Below, in pieces: positions 30,201-38,300 of a stretch of DNA of 64,000 nucleotides (positions are counted from its first letter, which is position 1; each line of letters opens with the position of its first letter). The stretch is from a virus (Duplodnaviria; Caudoviricetes), in the IMG/VR virus record IMGVR_UViG_3300009091_000015, positions 1,099 through 65,098 of that record; one strand, written 5' to 3'. Below the pieces are notes generated by a model, which saw only the letters and a program-made list of their open reading frames with translations, did not search any database and had not been told where the DNA came from. Position numbers and translations under genes: made by a program.

Positions 30201-30587
30201 AGCGGAAACAGGATCGTCCAGTTGACATGGCAATCCCACTGGGGTGGATTGCTCGTCAACTACACCATCAATATGTACGATCAAGTCCCCTCCCCCAATT
30301 ATCTGATCCGTGAAACCGGAGTCGTCGCGATCAGTTCCGATTCAGTCGCGGTTTGGAATGGAACTCCCGTGTGCTCAAAGCTCGGGACTCCCGCTGTCTA
30401 TAGCTATGGAGGAGCAACCGCCACTTTCACGTTCAGCGCCACGATGTCTAACTACCCAGATCAAGGAACGCTGAGTCTGTATGTGGCCTGGAGTGGAGCC
30501 AATTTCACTCCAGATCAGGACATAGGATGGATCAGATTTTCTCCAGTGTTTTTCAGTAACGACCTTGACTTCATCCAGTACGGCTGA
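21213..30587 (+). CDS. Giant modular fibre/receptor-binding protein with CBM-like and two right-handed beta-helix domains
   Basis: 3124 aa; about 28 LAGSIAAQSAVTGNL-type repeats; parallel beta-helix repeats (IYNNT, IKNNI); CBM4/9-like block near 22627-23085. Confidence 0.85.
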   Translation: MGSYKTVAYGANGGIGYASTGTTVSVPYPSGIAAGQMLILQVLQATATDDIATPSGWTKLGSDSEGSGTTGANSAWFAKVATGSESGNLTVSRAADVAIYFYGLMWRTGTGPKRDATSIQTTTPVSGTSTSASSASITPSTDYSYVAVLLNLEDNTSIAQFTGGKYVEQFDVTSNQGDDAGFAMDGYQQAAAANEPARTATIGGTDCWMTITISIPAAYTWDLAGSIGATASVTGDLKVKRKLAGTIGATSALSGNLKGYWPRLGDWRWYADASPPSTPLAAENTLYTTTSLSTILRLRQELVIEGGKGTSTSGTIDLEYSINQTDWTALGASGHWNWANGADTDHSGLEEALVADSLTRYGSFHESKLEYTDYPSDGDVTEEDFSIVPTANVTANTTYYFRIAGYYGATPVPKAAYGAGTYPQAKYSSGTTHSLAGSVAAQAAVTGNLKVIRKLAGSIAAQSAFVAAEGGKNLWSNADLESGIDDWNAVQSVTISQDGTEKWQGSYALLCTPTGSREWQTAKSDNKAVSPSTQYTLSAYLWSQNAETGWVLSVYDQDAGWLGQAQPDTSAGAWLRFHIHFTTASDTTAIYLHLSRGSTADTGLWRVDAVQLELGGTETEWENYGSGGGLQIIHAVWSLAGSVAAQGAVSGNLRKVHALAGSIAAQSAVTGNLSVHQLRQQSFRWRYNDGTETTATWRAAANANISALYPTVLYRLRFLIQEYGGVTGPSGTQNFRVAYRINAGTWTGVTSTSGGPVFSVRLSGLASGGNTTQQLGTGTFISSNDGQLSDYETTMHFPGSWPAGQETELEIAFLPYYTNLTDGDTIEFRVEHGDGTALDNYANTPSVTVEKPAYSRFTIQHFRFRNDDGDEDAATWRSPLDTGASCTLNTKYRLRFEIKENYGQAVGVDEYPYFALQGNAFPGDYWFAVGSANNYVNYADSASLTNEEDTTQQLTSATPFLTDNNGISEDGWAGIPPTGCAASSFTEVEFVIQPSSVGMVDGGYARLYLGTEGQPGDSFGGIVRLYIGSIETLQGTIAAQVSLAGDLTVVEGGTTWDLAGSVAAQATVAGDAKAIRGLAGSIAAQSAVTGNLDLLHATWDLAGSIAAQAAVSGDLKVTRRLWSTDLIFHGGPPNPSGFKAGANGRIRFTYTPEVTAGKHVDTRFRHDGLYFVQVDTGWGTAGVWLKTYDSGGWHNIDSATGVLTDGVPCTIDVVFSGSSVTGYVDGVEQVSGVITLNLDRDTAVLYDDLVTDDIEAWTYGAGGIKAQAAISGNLELVEGLWSLQGAVAAQSTVSGDAKVTRKLAGAVAAQSALAGDLEVLTGGTTWDLAGSISAQSALTGQCYVPHTYYVAMGGTAANKDAATGPETDLSKCMSNYYNNNTATYDPFDTVFVTGYGGTIDYLSFKGGTSSAARVTYQGSTNYPAIVDGARVTTGWTLYSGNIWQKTGINWHPQQIWIDGNYGDRKTSIGNCVDEYDWYYDAAADTIYLYAPADPDTQYTDPGVEVPEIYPPSGPASYVNVNNITVRRGTQTGCFGWNVSHIKFTGCTFEWSWVNGVGIQGDASTPTEDIVFEDCIGRYNGCQGFAIPSLLVQRGIVFRRCKAYENGRYQYADPRWDDNMLYSGGIKIWNYAEDCLIEDCDVYSNGPSTLGSNSLWFGQGIWLDGAISSAGHENIVRHNRVYDNHGVALYCELTTYSIWHNNLAYDNAKEPDTGNWCNASIRCDARENLQSSHNKFYNNTLVGGQHGIATMVTDTTGEVSYNEFKNNIIIGTNSAKIKATNGGDNITYGHDNVYSHNCLGAEATGFVIWTTAKDTYDAWETAYGGSTNSIEADPELEDEENDKYWLSDTSPCKNAGTNLGATYDDGLHYPSTWPDSVLTLDQDDYGSGWEVGAYVYVGQLAGTVAATAALAGNLKIARSLAGSIAAQSALSGQCYVPKTYYMRADGTATTKATSTGPVTSASACMDLTHHNSYSFDPFDTIVVSDRGGDYRWDGTGYLSSIMDISSSGHAGGGEIHYEADGTPTFLGSYDLTTATYKWTASGSGTNEYYCEAAAGGDPGLVEGDCVWMDTVRLTEGTLGSLADHEWAWGDNDSLGYSTFYIRDNSGDPDTSGVAIEATQRGCVHAWGISYVVVDGLTVKYGNGLSYDGGIRFDETSYCTIQNCEAHHNRGHGISLKGDHGVIDNCHASYNGAHNIVSGGNANNNNTNMEIKNCIAHHSYTMLFVPQPFDGYGIKFLYVDDSSIHNNTIYANAVNGIDLDGDGTNPGCGNNEIYENEIYENDIIGVMIELKSSGNKIHHNRIYNNGSLSEWGHFQTLIWAASINNEFYDNVIYRTSDFAGTNALLQIGDYQESGCTGTKIYNNTMDGGGYCANVIKVDGAAGNATGLKIKNNILVGSTSTPIEIYSTDYTGFECDYNCYDPPASYVVGRNYTGYTKATHCSGFSQDCNSIVDDPLFEDEANHDYSLTGSSPCKNAGTNLGSDYDDGLHYPSTWPSSITTLDQDSYGSAWEVGAYVYVGQLAGAIAAQSALTGNLEISEDLVLQGQIAAQSSLTGAIKLTQKLAGTIGAQSSLAGEAKITRQLAGSVAAQSALTGTLKLRQKLAGAVAAQSALAGELGITEGVWNLAGTVSPLSSLSGALKLQQRLQGTVSAFSSFVGDLQVQHKTWDLGGEIYARTQPTGELRVIKRLSCDRLGASSSVVGNLQLVHAVWGLAGEVGSKTVVQGGIYVTRKLAGALSAQSALTGNLQSTEAAWSLAGSVAAQSSLVGTLVNLSDIPQLLHPYNSWINVYSENVTLTQIPALVVASGSHYHSASNVYVHQQLVVSNVAHTHTVQNVTFVLANPLSIWDALHAISSEEVDLLNSLMIASTSHYHSAPNVNIPYGAEAKGKMGLGDAVFALQATMKLPPYPMREQELLKFCQQLYWQLQTHYIPQTDRIENMTMVGVDAQRPAPVGRRQMFFATDTSTLYIDVKTSEDSAEWFAIAAGSGSNEVHNDTVDASGNRIVQLTWQSHWGGLLVNYTINMYDQVPSPNYLIRETGVVAISSDSVAVWNGTPVCSKLGTPAVYSYGGATATFTFSATMSNYPDQGTLSLYVAWSGANFTPDQDIGWIRFSPVFFSNDLDFIQYG

Positions 30588-30596
30588 GGTGACGCC

Positions 30597-31007
30597 ATGT
30601 GCGATGAACGGAGGGCGACGGTGACGCAATCACGACTCAGCGGGAAGATCCCGAGACAGACCTTCAGTGTGACCCTGTCCAAAATCCAGGTTGTAATGGC
30701 GCTGGTAGTACAGGCAGTCACGATCCTGACCGCCGCCCTCGGACTCGCATGGTGGCTCGGGCGCATCATGGTTCACCAGGAGTTCGACAAGGCGATTGGG
30801 GAATTTCACACCGTCGCCAGACCTGGCATCGAACGCATCATCGACGAGAAGATCCTCGCGCATGACGTGAAAGTTGCTGAAACCTACGAGGCTGTCCGGG
30901 TGGACATGATTGAGCGCCTGCGAGCCCTGGAGGTCCAGGCCGAGACGACCGACAGGCGGCTCATACGAATCGAGGACAAACTCGATAGACTGCTGGAGCG
31001 GAGGTAG
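30597..31007 (+). CDS. Single-TM coiled-coil protein, possible holin/lysis accessory
   Basis: One TM, C-term RIEDKLDRLLE; directly before peptidase. Confidence 0.6.
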   Translation: MCDERRATVTQSRLSGKIPRQTFSVTLSKIQVVMALVVQAVTILTAALGLAWWLGRIMVHQEFDKAIGEFHTVARPGIERIIDEKILAHDVKVAETYEAVRVDMIERLRALEVQAETTDRRLIRIEDKLDRLLERR

Positions 31008-31009
31008 TT

Positions 31010-31372
31010 ATGGGCGATCTGACCAAGAACTTCGACCGTGTCGAGTTCGCCTGCAAGTGCGGCTGCGGATTCGACGAGATCAAGCAACACCACGTCGAGA
31101 TGCTCCAGCAGGTCCGCGATGAGGTCGGCTTCCCGATGCCGATTGCCTCCGGTTGCCGCTGCCTCTCGCACAACACGGCGATTGGGGGCGTGCCGGACTC
31201 CTCCCACATGAGAGGGGAGGCGAGCGACGTGACATGCCTCGACAGCGAGCGCCGGTTCAAGCTGGCCAGGGCAGCGCTCAAGGTAGGCTTCACCCGCATT
31301 GGTATCGGCAAGACGTTTGTCCACATGGACAGAGATCCATTCCTGCCGCAGCCGAGATTGTGGCTCTACTGA
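31010..31372 (+). CDS. Peptidase M15A-type endolysin
   Basis: NF..EFACKCGCG, SGCRC..HN..IGG..SSHMRGEASD, FVHMD. Confidence 0.9.
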   Translation: MGDLTKNFDRVEFACKCGCGFDEIKQHHVEMLQQVRDEVGFPMPIASGCRCLSHNTAIGGVPDSSHMRGEASDVTCLDSERRFKLARAALKVGFTRIGIGKTFVHMDRDPFLPQPRLWLY

Positions 31373-31857
31373 TGCTTCACGCAGAAGTCGTCCACGCCAG
31401 CAAGGGGAACTGCCACCTCTACGGGACGCAGTTCCTCGACCGAGCCGTCAACTTCATCATCAGCTACGACTGCGGCGGAGACCCCGAGTTCCTCTGGCAC
31501 GAGCTGAGCAACGACATGCGGTCCAACCCGCCATGGAAGCTCTGCATCGCAGGCATCGACGATGACACGGGCGAGGTCTGCGGCCATCTCCTCGCAGAGC
31601 TGCAGGTCCAGTACGGCATCAGGCAAGTCATGATTACTCAGCTTGAGATCACGCACCCCTCGGCGGACATGCGCCGCCAGATGCTGGAGGCGGACTGGCA
31701 CCTCGTGGAGGACTGGGCGCGAGCCAACCAGGCCAAGTTCATCAAGTGTTGGGCGATGAACGAGAAGGTTGCCAAGGCGTTCGAGAAGTACGGATTCAAG
31801 CCGAAAGGCGTCACCGTGATGGAGCTGCCCCTGCGGCTCCCAGACAAGGAGGAATGA
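31372..31857 (+). CDS. GNAT-fold-like protein
   Basis: TGATG overlap; EDWARAN...KAFEKYGF; position before ejection proteins. Confidence 0.6.
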   Translation: MLHAEVVHASKGNCHLYGTQFLDRAVNFIISYDCGGDPEFLWHELSNDMRSNPPWKLCIAGIDDDTGEVCGHLLAELQVQYGIRQVMITQLEITHPSADMRRQMLEADWHLVEDWARANQAKFIKCWAMNEKVAKAFEKYGFKPKGVTVMELPLRLPDKEE

Positions 31858-31858
31858 C

Positions 31859-32410
31859 ATGGGCGGCGGAAGTTCACACAGCACCACTAACCCGACGATC
31901 CCGCCGCAGCTGAGCGGGCTCTACTCGCTGATCGGCAGGGAGATGTCCGGTTCCATCGGGGACATGCCGTTGTCGAATTACTACGAGATGGACCCGAGGC
32001 AGTACGCCGGGATGACCGAGGCCGAGCAGGCGGCTCTCGGGCTGGCCCCTGGGATGCTGGGGCCAAGCCGGGCCGGAAGCGCCGCCTATAACATGGCGTC
32101 GAACCTCGGCAACATGAACGACTGGTACGGGGCTGATCTCAATGGCGTTGGGGCGCTCTCGCCCTTCCAGATGGGGAGCCCAATCCAGATCGGCATGGGG
32201 GCAGGGATGCCGGGGCAGGGGGGAGGGGGAGCCCCTCCGCAGCAGCCAGGAGGTGGCGGGATGCCGCCGGTCAACCAGGGGTTCGGCTTCGCTGGGTCGA
32301 GCTATCAGGGTGGGCAGGCACCCCCTCCGCAAGCCTCCACGCTGGTCCAGCAACGCCGCCTGCCAATGCCGTTCCAGAGGGCGGTCCCGGCAGCCGCAGC
32401 CTCTAGCTAG
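31859..32410 (+). CDS. Putative internal virion/ejection protein
   Basis: MGGGSS start, G/Q/M-rich. Confidence 0.65.
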   Translation: MGGGSSHSTTNPTIPPQLSGLYSLIGREMSGSIGDMPLSNYYEMDPRQYAGMTEAEQAALGLAPGMLGPSRAGSAAYNMASNLGNMNDWYGADLNGVGALSPFQMGSPIQIGMGAGMPGQGGGGAPPQQPGGGGMPPVNQGFGFAGSSYQGGQAPPPQASTLVQQRRLPMPFQRAVPAAAASS

Positions 32411-32419
32411 GAGGCAGCC

Positions 32420-33481
32420 ATGGCAGTCAAGCGGATGCGAGTAGATGACAGCGGGGGAGGCGGGGGAGGCGGAGGAGGCGGGAACCCAGCCCCGCCAGCT
32501 CCTCCTGGGACCACCCCACGACGGGCAGATCCAAACAGACAGGGGGCTACCGTGCCAGTAGATCAGAACGGCCAACCAATTCCCACGGTTCCTCCGGGGA
32601 TGGGATTCCAGTACACGGGCAGGGATACCGGCTCCTACATGGCAAATGCCTACGGTTCCAATTCCCAGCCCAACACGACCATGCAGACGAACCCCTACGC
32701 AGGACCTGGGACGCAGCAGATCGGCTCGGCGGCTGACTACGCCCAGCAGTTCGGTCAGGGGATGATGGGCAACCTCCCAGGCAGGGAGGAGAATCCGCTG
32801 CAGACGATTGACTTTGCCAACCACCCGGCGCTGCAGTCTGCGATGGAAGCCTTCAAGCAGACGACGCTACCAACCATCGCCAACGCAATGTCCGCTGCCG
32901 GGCTCGGGCGCTCCGGGGCTGCCGGGGCCGCGATCTCGCAGGGCCAGGCGCAGATGGCGCTGCCTGTGATGCAGCAGCTCATGGACCTTGAGATGCAGGG
33001 CATGGGCTACGGCGTGCAGCAGCGCGGCCAGGACATCGGAGCCCTGGAGAACCAGCTTGGGCTGAGCCTCCAGGGGAGGGGCCAGGACATCAACGCTCTC
33101 CTCCAGGGGCGCGGGCAGGATCTCGGCGCTCTGCTCGAAGGTCGTGGCCAGGATCTTACTGCCCGTGGACAGAACCTGAACGCCCTGCTGGAGCAGTCCG
33201 GCCAGGGTCTCCAGGCCAGGGGCCAGAACATCGGGGCGATGCAGGCCGGGATGGAAGGCATGACCGGGCTCTCCGCCCAGGACATGGCCCGCTACCAGGC
33301 CGCTATCGACAACATGGCCAACCTCGGCGGAACGCAGCGCTCCATCGAGGATGCCAGGTACGGGGCGCAGTACGGCGAGCAGGAGCGACAGTACGGGCTG
33401 GCCCGTGACCTCCTGTTCGGGCCGCTCGGGCAGCTCACCCAGCAGGTTGGCAGTCGCACGACTCAGAGCGGAGGGAAGTAG
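32420..33481 (+). CDS. Putative ejection protein with RGQD repeats
   Basis: G/Q/A-rich, GLGRSG motif, repeated RGQD/N. Confidence 0.7.
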   Translation: MAVKRMRVDDSGGGGGGGGGGNPAPPAPPGTTPRRADPNRQGATVPVDQNGQPIPTVPPGMGFQYTGRDTGSYMANAYGSNSQPNTTMQTNPYAGPGTQQIGSAADYAQQFGQGMMGNLPGREENPLQTIDFANHPALQSAMEAFKQTTLPTIANAMSAAGLGRSGAAGAAISQGQAQMALPVMQQLMDLEMQGMGYGVQQRGQDIGALENQLGLSLQGRGQDINALLQGRGQDLGALLEGRGQDLTARGQNLNALLEQSGQGLQARGQNIGAMQAGMEGMTGLSAQDMARYQAAIDNMANLGGTQRSIEDARYGAQYGEQERQYGLARDLLFGPLGQLTQQVGSRTTQSGGK

Positions 33482-33483
33482 CC

Positions 33484-34104
33484 ATGGCCTTGTGGTGGGA
33501 GATTGCAAAGGTAGCGGTCCCCATCGCAGCCGGTGTGGTGGGGACTCCAGCTGCCGGTGTGGCAGCCGCAGCTGCGATGCAGGGAGCGGATGCGAGGGCA
33601 AAGGGTGGCTCCTGGGGTGACGCTGGCAAGGCGGCGCTGATCGGCGGAGGGCTGAGTGCTGCCACTGCAGGCATGGGCGGCGGGGCTGCCGGAGCTGGCC
33701 AGGCGATGGGTCAAGCCGCAGGCGGGGCGATGAGCGAGGCTGCGCAAGAAGCTCTCGCCCGAGAGCTGGCCTCACAGACCGGGGAGCAGTTCGCAACCAA
33801 CCTCGGGACGCAGCTCGGGGCCGAGGGCATGAACGTCGGCGCTCAGCAGATGATCGTGCAGAGCGCAGCCGAAGTCGCCAAGAAGCAGGGCATCCAGTCC
33901 GCCGCCCAGGCCCAAGCCGACAAGCTCCAGAAGTACGGCAACTACGCCGCAGAGGCCAACGATCTGCTGAAGGAGTTCCGGGGCGGGACGGGCCAGATGC
34001 TCGGGCCTCAGCGCCAGCAGGGTCAGACGCAGTGGGTGCCGACGACCAGCCAGATGTTCCCCTATCCCTACGACCAGTATTTCCGCAGCGAACCTAGGTA
34101 CTAG
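33484..34104 (+). CDS. Putative ejection/DNA-transfer protein
   Basis: Ala/Gly-rich hydrophobic N-terminal half. Confidence 0.65.
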   Translation: MALWWEIAKVAVPIAAGVVGTPAAGVAAAAAMQGADARAKGGSWGDAGKAALIGGGLSAATAGMGGGAAGAGQAMGQAAGGAMSEAAQEALARELASQTGEQFATNLGTQLGAEGMNVGAQQMIVQSAAEVAKKQGIQSAAQAQADKLQKYGNYAAEANDLLKEFRGGTGQMLGPQRQQGQTQWVPTTSQMFPYPYDQYFRSEPRY

Positions 34105-34113
34105 GAGACGACC

Positions 34114-35385
34114 ATGGCCGAGGAACAGAAGAAGAAGCGCAGCAGATTCGGGGAGGAGTTCCACGAGCTGTTCCCGCAGTTGATCCTCCCGGCGGGGCTC
34201 GGCCTGCTCTCGTCGTACAACCCGATGGCGACTGCTGGAGTCAGGACCGGGCTTGAGGCGACCCAGCTGTTCAACGCCATGAGGGAGCAGCGGAAGGACA
34301 GGGCGTGGGAGGACAAGGCAAGAGAGGCCATCATCAAAGCCTCCGCTGAGCAGAGGGGGGCGCTTGAGAAGGACAGGGCAGAGTACCTCGACGAGCAGAC
34401 ACAGGAAAACATGCGGGCCACCTACCTCAACACTGGGAGAGTGCGTGAGGGCGGGGCCGTCGTCCCGACATCGAAGCCGGATGCGGCCACCGAGGCCGAG
34501 CAGATGCCCTACTTCCATGAGATGTTCGGTCCTGCCTCTGGTGATTACGGGGCCTTCGGTGCGACGCCGTCTGATCGCATGGCTTCTGAGTTCGCCTTGA
34601 ATGTTGGGCGCGGGCTTTCGCCTGAAGGACAGGCCACTCCGGGGACGCTCCCGTTCGCAACGCAGACCTCTGAGATTGGCCCCCTCATGGCTAAGCAGAT
34701 GCAGGAGGCCAGGTCTGACGTTGACACCAGCGACTACGATCAGAAGTTGTACTTCCATGACCTGCTGGCGGCGACTGCCCTGACCAGCCCAGCTCAGGCT
34801 GCGAACGTCGGCCTGTGGAGCCAGTACCAGGAACGCGGTGCAGACCTGGAGCTTGAGCGGCTCAGGACCATGTACGACCTCCAGAGCCTGAGCGACGAGG
34901 ATGCCCACCACTTGAAGGAAGCGGAGATCCTCCTGCGCAAGGGCCTGCGTGTCGCGGCGGAGCGGGAGATCGCGCTCATCAAGGCCAAGCCTATCCCTTC
35001 GTATGGTGGGGCCTGGGCTCCAACTGGTGTAATTGGGCAGGCTGGCATCCCAGAGTATCAGTACCACGCTGGGACGCCGACTCCGACTGGCGGTGGGGCG
35101 AAGAGCTATCTCAATCTCCCACTTGAGGAGATGAACCAGACCCAGCTTGGTGAGCGCATTCGCGCTCTCACGGCGCAGGCTGTTGCAACAGAGGACAAGC
35201 TCGCCGGGTCCAATGAACAAGCTGTCCAGAATGCGTGGCAGCTCGTCTGGGATGCCGAGGCAATCTACCGTCAGAAGTTTGGCAAGAAGGCTGTGGGCAG
35301 TCCACAAAATCCAAACCCCACTGGCACCACCACGACGACCACTGCTCCGCCATCGGACATCCCGCTCGCTGAACTGCTTGGGTGA
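34114..35385 (+). CDS. Putative ejection protein
   Basis: 423 aa, AGGAG SD, position. Confidence 0.6.
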   Translation: MAEEQKKKRSRFGEEFHELFPQLILPAGLGLLSSYNPMATAGVRTGLEATQLFNAMREQRKDRAWEDKAREAIIKASAEQRGALEKDRAEYLDEQTQENMRATYLNTGRVREGGAVVPTSKPDAATEAEQMPYFHEMFGPASGDYGAFGATPSDRMASEFALNVGRGLSPEGQATPGTLPFATQTSEIGPLMAKQMQEARSDVDTSDYDQKLYFHDLLAATALTSPAQAANVGLWSQYQERGADLELERLRTMYDLQSLSDEDAHHLKEAEILLRKGLRVAAEREIALIKAKPIPSYGGAWAPTGVIGQAGIPEYQYHAGTPTPTGGGAKSYLNLPLEEMNQTQLGERIRALTAQAVATEDKLAGSNEQAVQNAWQLVWDAEAIYRQKFGKKAVGSPQNPNPTGTTTTTTAPPSDIPLAELLG

Positions 35386-38300
35386 AGACAATGCCAGCCC
35401 CGATCCCACCGGCACCTGGGCTCACTGATCCGCAGCAGACTGGGACCAGCAGGGAAGACTGGCTGTACTTCAAGTCACCGGAGTACACGGAGCTGCCGCT
35501 GCCGGAGAAGCTCTCCAAGTTCAACAGCGTGGCGAGGAGGAGCAACACCTACGCCACGATGCCATGGGCGGAAAGGGAGAAGCTGCGCACCAAGATCCTC
35601 GGGGTCAACAGCACTCTCGATGTCTTCAAGCACGAAGCCTTCCCGGCCCTGGAGACGGTAGATCAGAACGATCTTTTCAACAGCTACGTCCAGGGGTCTA
35701 CAACATGGGAGGGCCTCGACACTGAGAAGAAGAAGAAGGCCCGTGCCAAGTGGGTGCCTGCCTTCGCTGCAGGCCAGAAGCAGCAGAAGGTTCAGGAGAC
35801 GCTGCGGGCTGGCATCGAGCGCCAGAACACGCTTCCCGGCATAGACATCGAGATGCCTGAGAGCCTGCAGCCGCAAGTCCAGGCAGAGCCCTCGGAGGAT
35901 GAGTTCCAGCGCCGGGTGTACTACGCCTCCATCGGGCGCAGCATCGACGAGGAGGGGAACCTCAACATCCCACGCCGTGGGAAAGAACCGTACAAGGCAC
36001 CAGCCTACGTCTTCGCCATGCCTGGTATGTCCGTGGCTGAGCAGCAGGGGATCGGGGATGCTTTCGTTGAGCAGCTGAAAGACCCGGAGGTGTCCCGCTG
36101 GTGGGAGTTCACCAAGCGGCAGCAGAAGGCTCTCGCCTCGAACCCGGAGTTCACGCCCGAGGATCTAGGGGCCTTGGAGAGAGCCGGGAAGGGCCTCACT
36201 GCAGGGCTGGCACGGATGGCTTCGACGCCTGTGACTGCCTGGTCGATGATGCAGGCCGGTCATGGCATGACGAAGGCGGCAGAGGAGACCGCGAAGAAGG
36301 CCCAGAAGATCAGCGGGGTGATGGCAGAGGGCGGCTATCGTCCACTCAGGATGTCCGACTATTCCGGTGGCGACGTGGCGGGTTGGACGACGGCTCTCTT
36401 GGAAGGGGTGGCCACCACTCTACCAACGACCGCTGCTGCGGCCACCGTTGGGGCCGTGACTGGCGGCATGGGGGCTCCCCCGCTCCTTGGCAGCATCGCC
36501 GCTGGAGCCGCGCTCGAAATCCCGATGGTGTACCAGGACGTGTACGAGGCCACCGGCAAGCTGGAGCCCGGCCTTGCCACTGCTCTCGGCGGGCTCGCTG
36601 GCGTGCTTGAAGGATACGGGGCTGGCGGGATGTCGAAGCGCCTGATAGATGCTGGCGTCCCGCGCAGCGTCATCAGCAGGGCGCTCGTGAAGATGGCGAG
36701 TGGCAAAGAGCTACTCAAGGACATGAGTCAAGAGGCTCTGACTGAAGTTGCGCAGACATTCCCAGAGGCGCTGGCCATAGCCATTGCAGAAGACCCCACC
36801 ATGAAGATGGACTTCGAGACTGCTCTGGAGTTTGTCAAGAAGACAGCGCCAGAGGCAGCCGAGTCCGGGGTCACTGGGTTCTTCACCCCGCTCGCTGTCT
36901 CCGGCCCGGCGATGATAAGGCAGGACATCCGGGCGCGTCAGCCTCTGCCAATTGACCCAGCCGAGGTGGATGCTGTTGCCAGGGCCAGCATGAGGCCGAC
37001 CGGGCAGGGCCAGCTCATCATCGACACGGAGGAGGCTCAGGGTGTCCGCGCCCCCTCAATCCCAGGGGCAGCGCTCGGGCCGGAGGCGATGGAAGCGGGC
37101 CGGGCCAGGGCCGCTGCAGAGCAGGCGGCGTACCGCGAGCAGGTGACTGCCGAGGATGCGACGCAGGCCCAGGCTGAGATCGACGCCTACCGGGAGCGGG
37201 CCAGGGCCAGGGGGGCCGAGGAGCCCGAAGTCCAGCTCAACGAGCGGATGAATGCGCTCGGGCCGGAGGACCAGGCCCAGGTTCGGGATCGCACCACCGA
37301 ACTGATGGCGCAGATGCGGGCGCGGTTTGTCGAGCAGTTCGGGGAGGAGCGCGTCACCCCAGCCATCGAGCAGAACATCACCCGCCGAGCCTGGGACCAG
37401 GCGCTCACGGAGATGAACGCGCAGCCCGCCCCAAGGCCGGAGGTGCTGGGGCCGACCGGCGAGTCACTGACAGCGCCAGAGCCGCTGCCTGCTGGCCCAG
37501 TGGTTGTGCCGGGGCGGGTGCAGGACGAGCGCCTGGCGGCAGAGGCGGAGCAGCGCCGAGCTGCAGCTCGCGCAAGCATGCAAGCCCAAGGGCTGGTTGA
37601 GGGTGCCAGAGCACGGCTCGCCCTCCCACCCAGGCTCGTGATTGCCGGGGAGCGCAAGCGGGAGTCGGAGCAGGCTGCCGCTGACATCCTCGCCAAGCTC
37701 CACAGCGACGACACGCTAGGGCAGGGCCTGGCTGACATGCAGGCACTGGCCGACCAATACGGCGAGGCGCTCCAGGCCCACCTGAATCTGCAGGCTGAGC
37801 GTGAGGCGCGGGCTCGTGCAGCACGGGCGAAGCTGGACGAGCTCATCCAGGAGATCGGGAGGACGAAGCCCGGCTCGAAGCGCAACACGGCCTTGCAGGA
37901 AGAGATCGACGCCCTGCAGGAGACAGAGATCATCGACTCCCTCGAAGAGACGGAAGACGAAGCGGCTGCTCGCGAGCGGGTGCGGTTCATCGAGGATGCG
38001 CACGCCTACATCATGGATCGTGTCACTCCAGACATGACGCCGCAGCTGTCCGCCAACCTGGACCGGATCACGCAGGGCTCGCTGCGCTGGGCGGCTCGGG
38101 TCTTTGAGCAGAACGGGATGCCGGAGCAGGCGGCGTGGGCGCAGAGGGCGGCTGACGATCCGCAGCTCGCCAGGGTTGTGCCGGAGAACATCGTCAACAG
38201 CCTGATCGAAGACGCCCGCCAGACTGCGGCCAGGGTAAACGAGAGAGAGCAGCGCCTGGCCAACCCGCGCAAGCTGAAGAACTCGCAATGGAGGCAGCTC

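Noticed and set aside
21213-30587. Diversity-generating retroelement or invertase shufflon acting on the fibre
   Set aside because: No reverse transcriptase or recombinase in the window; the repeats are direct, coding, and not adenine-specific variants
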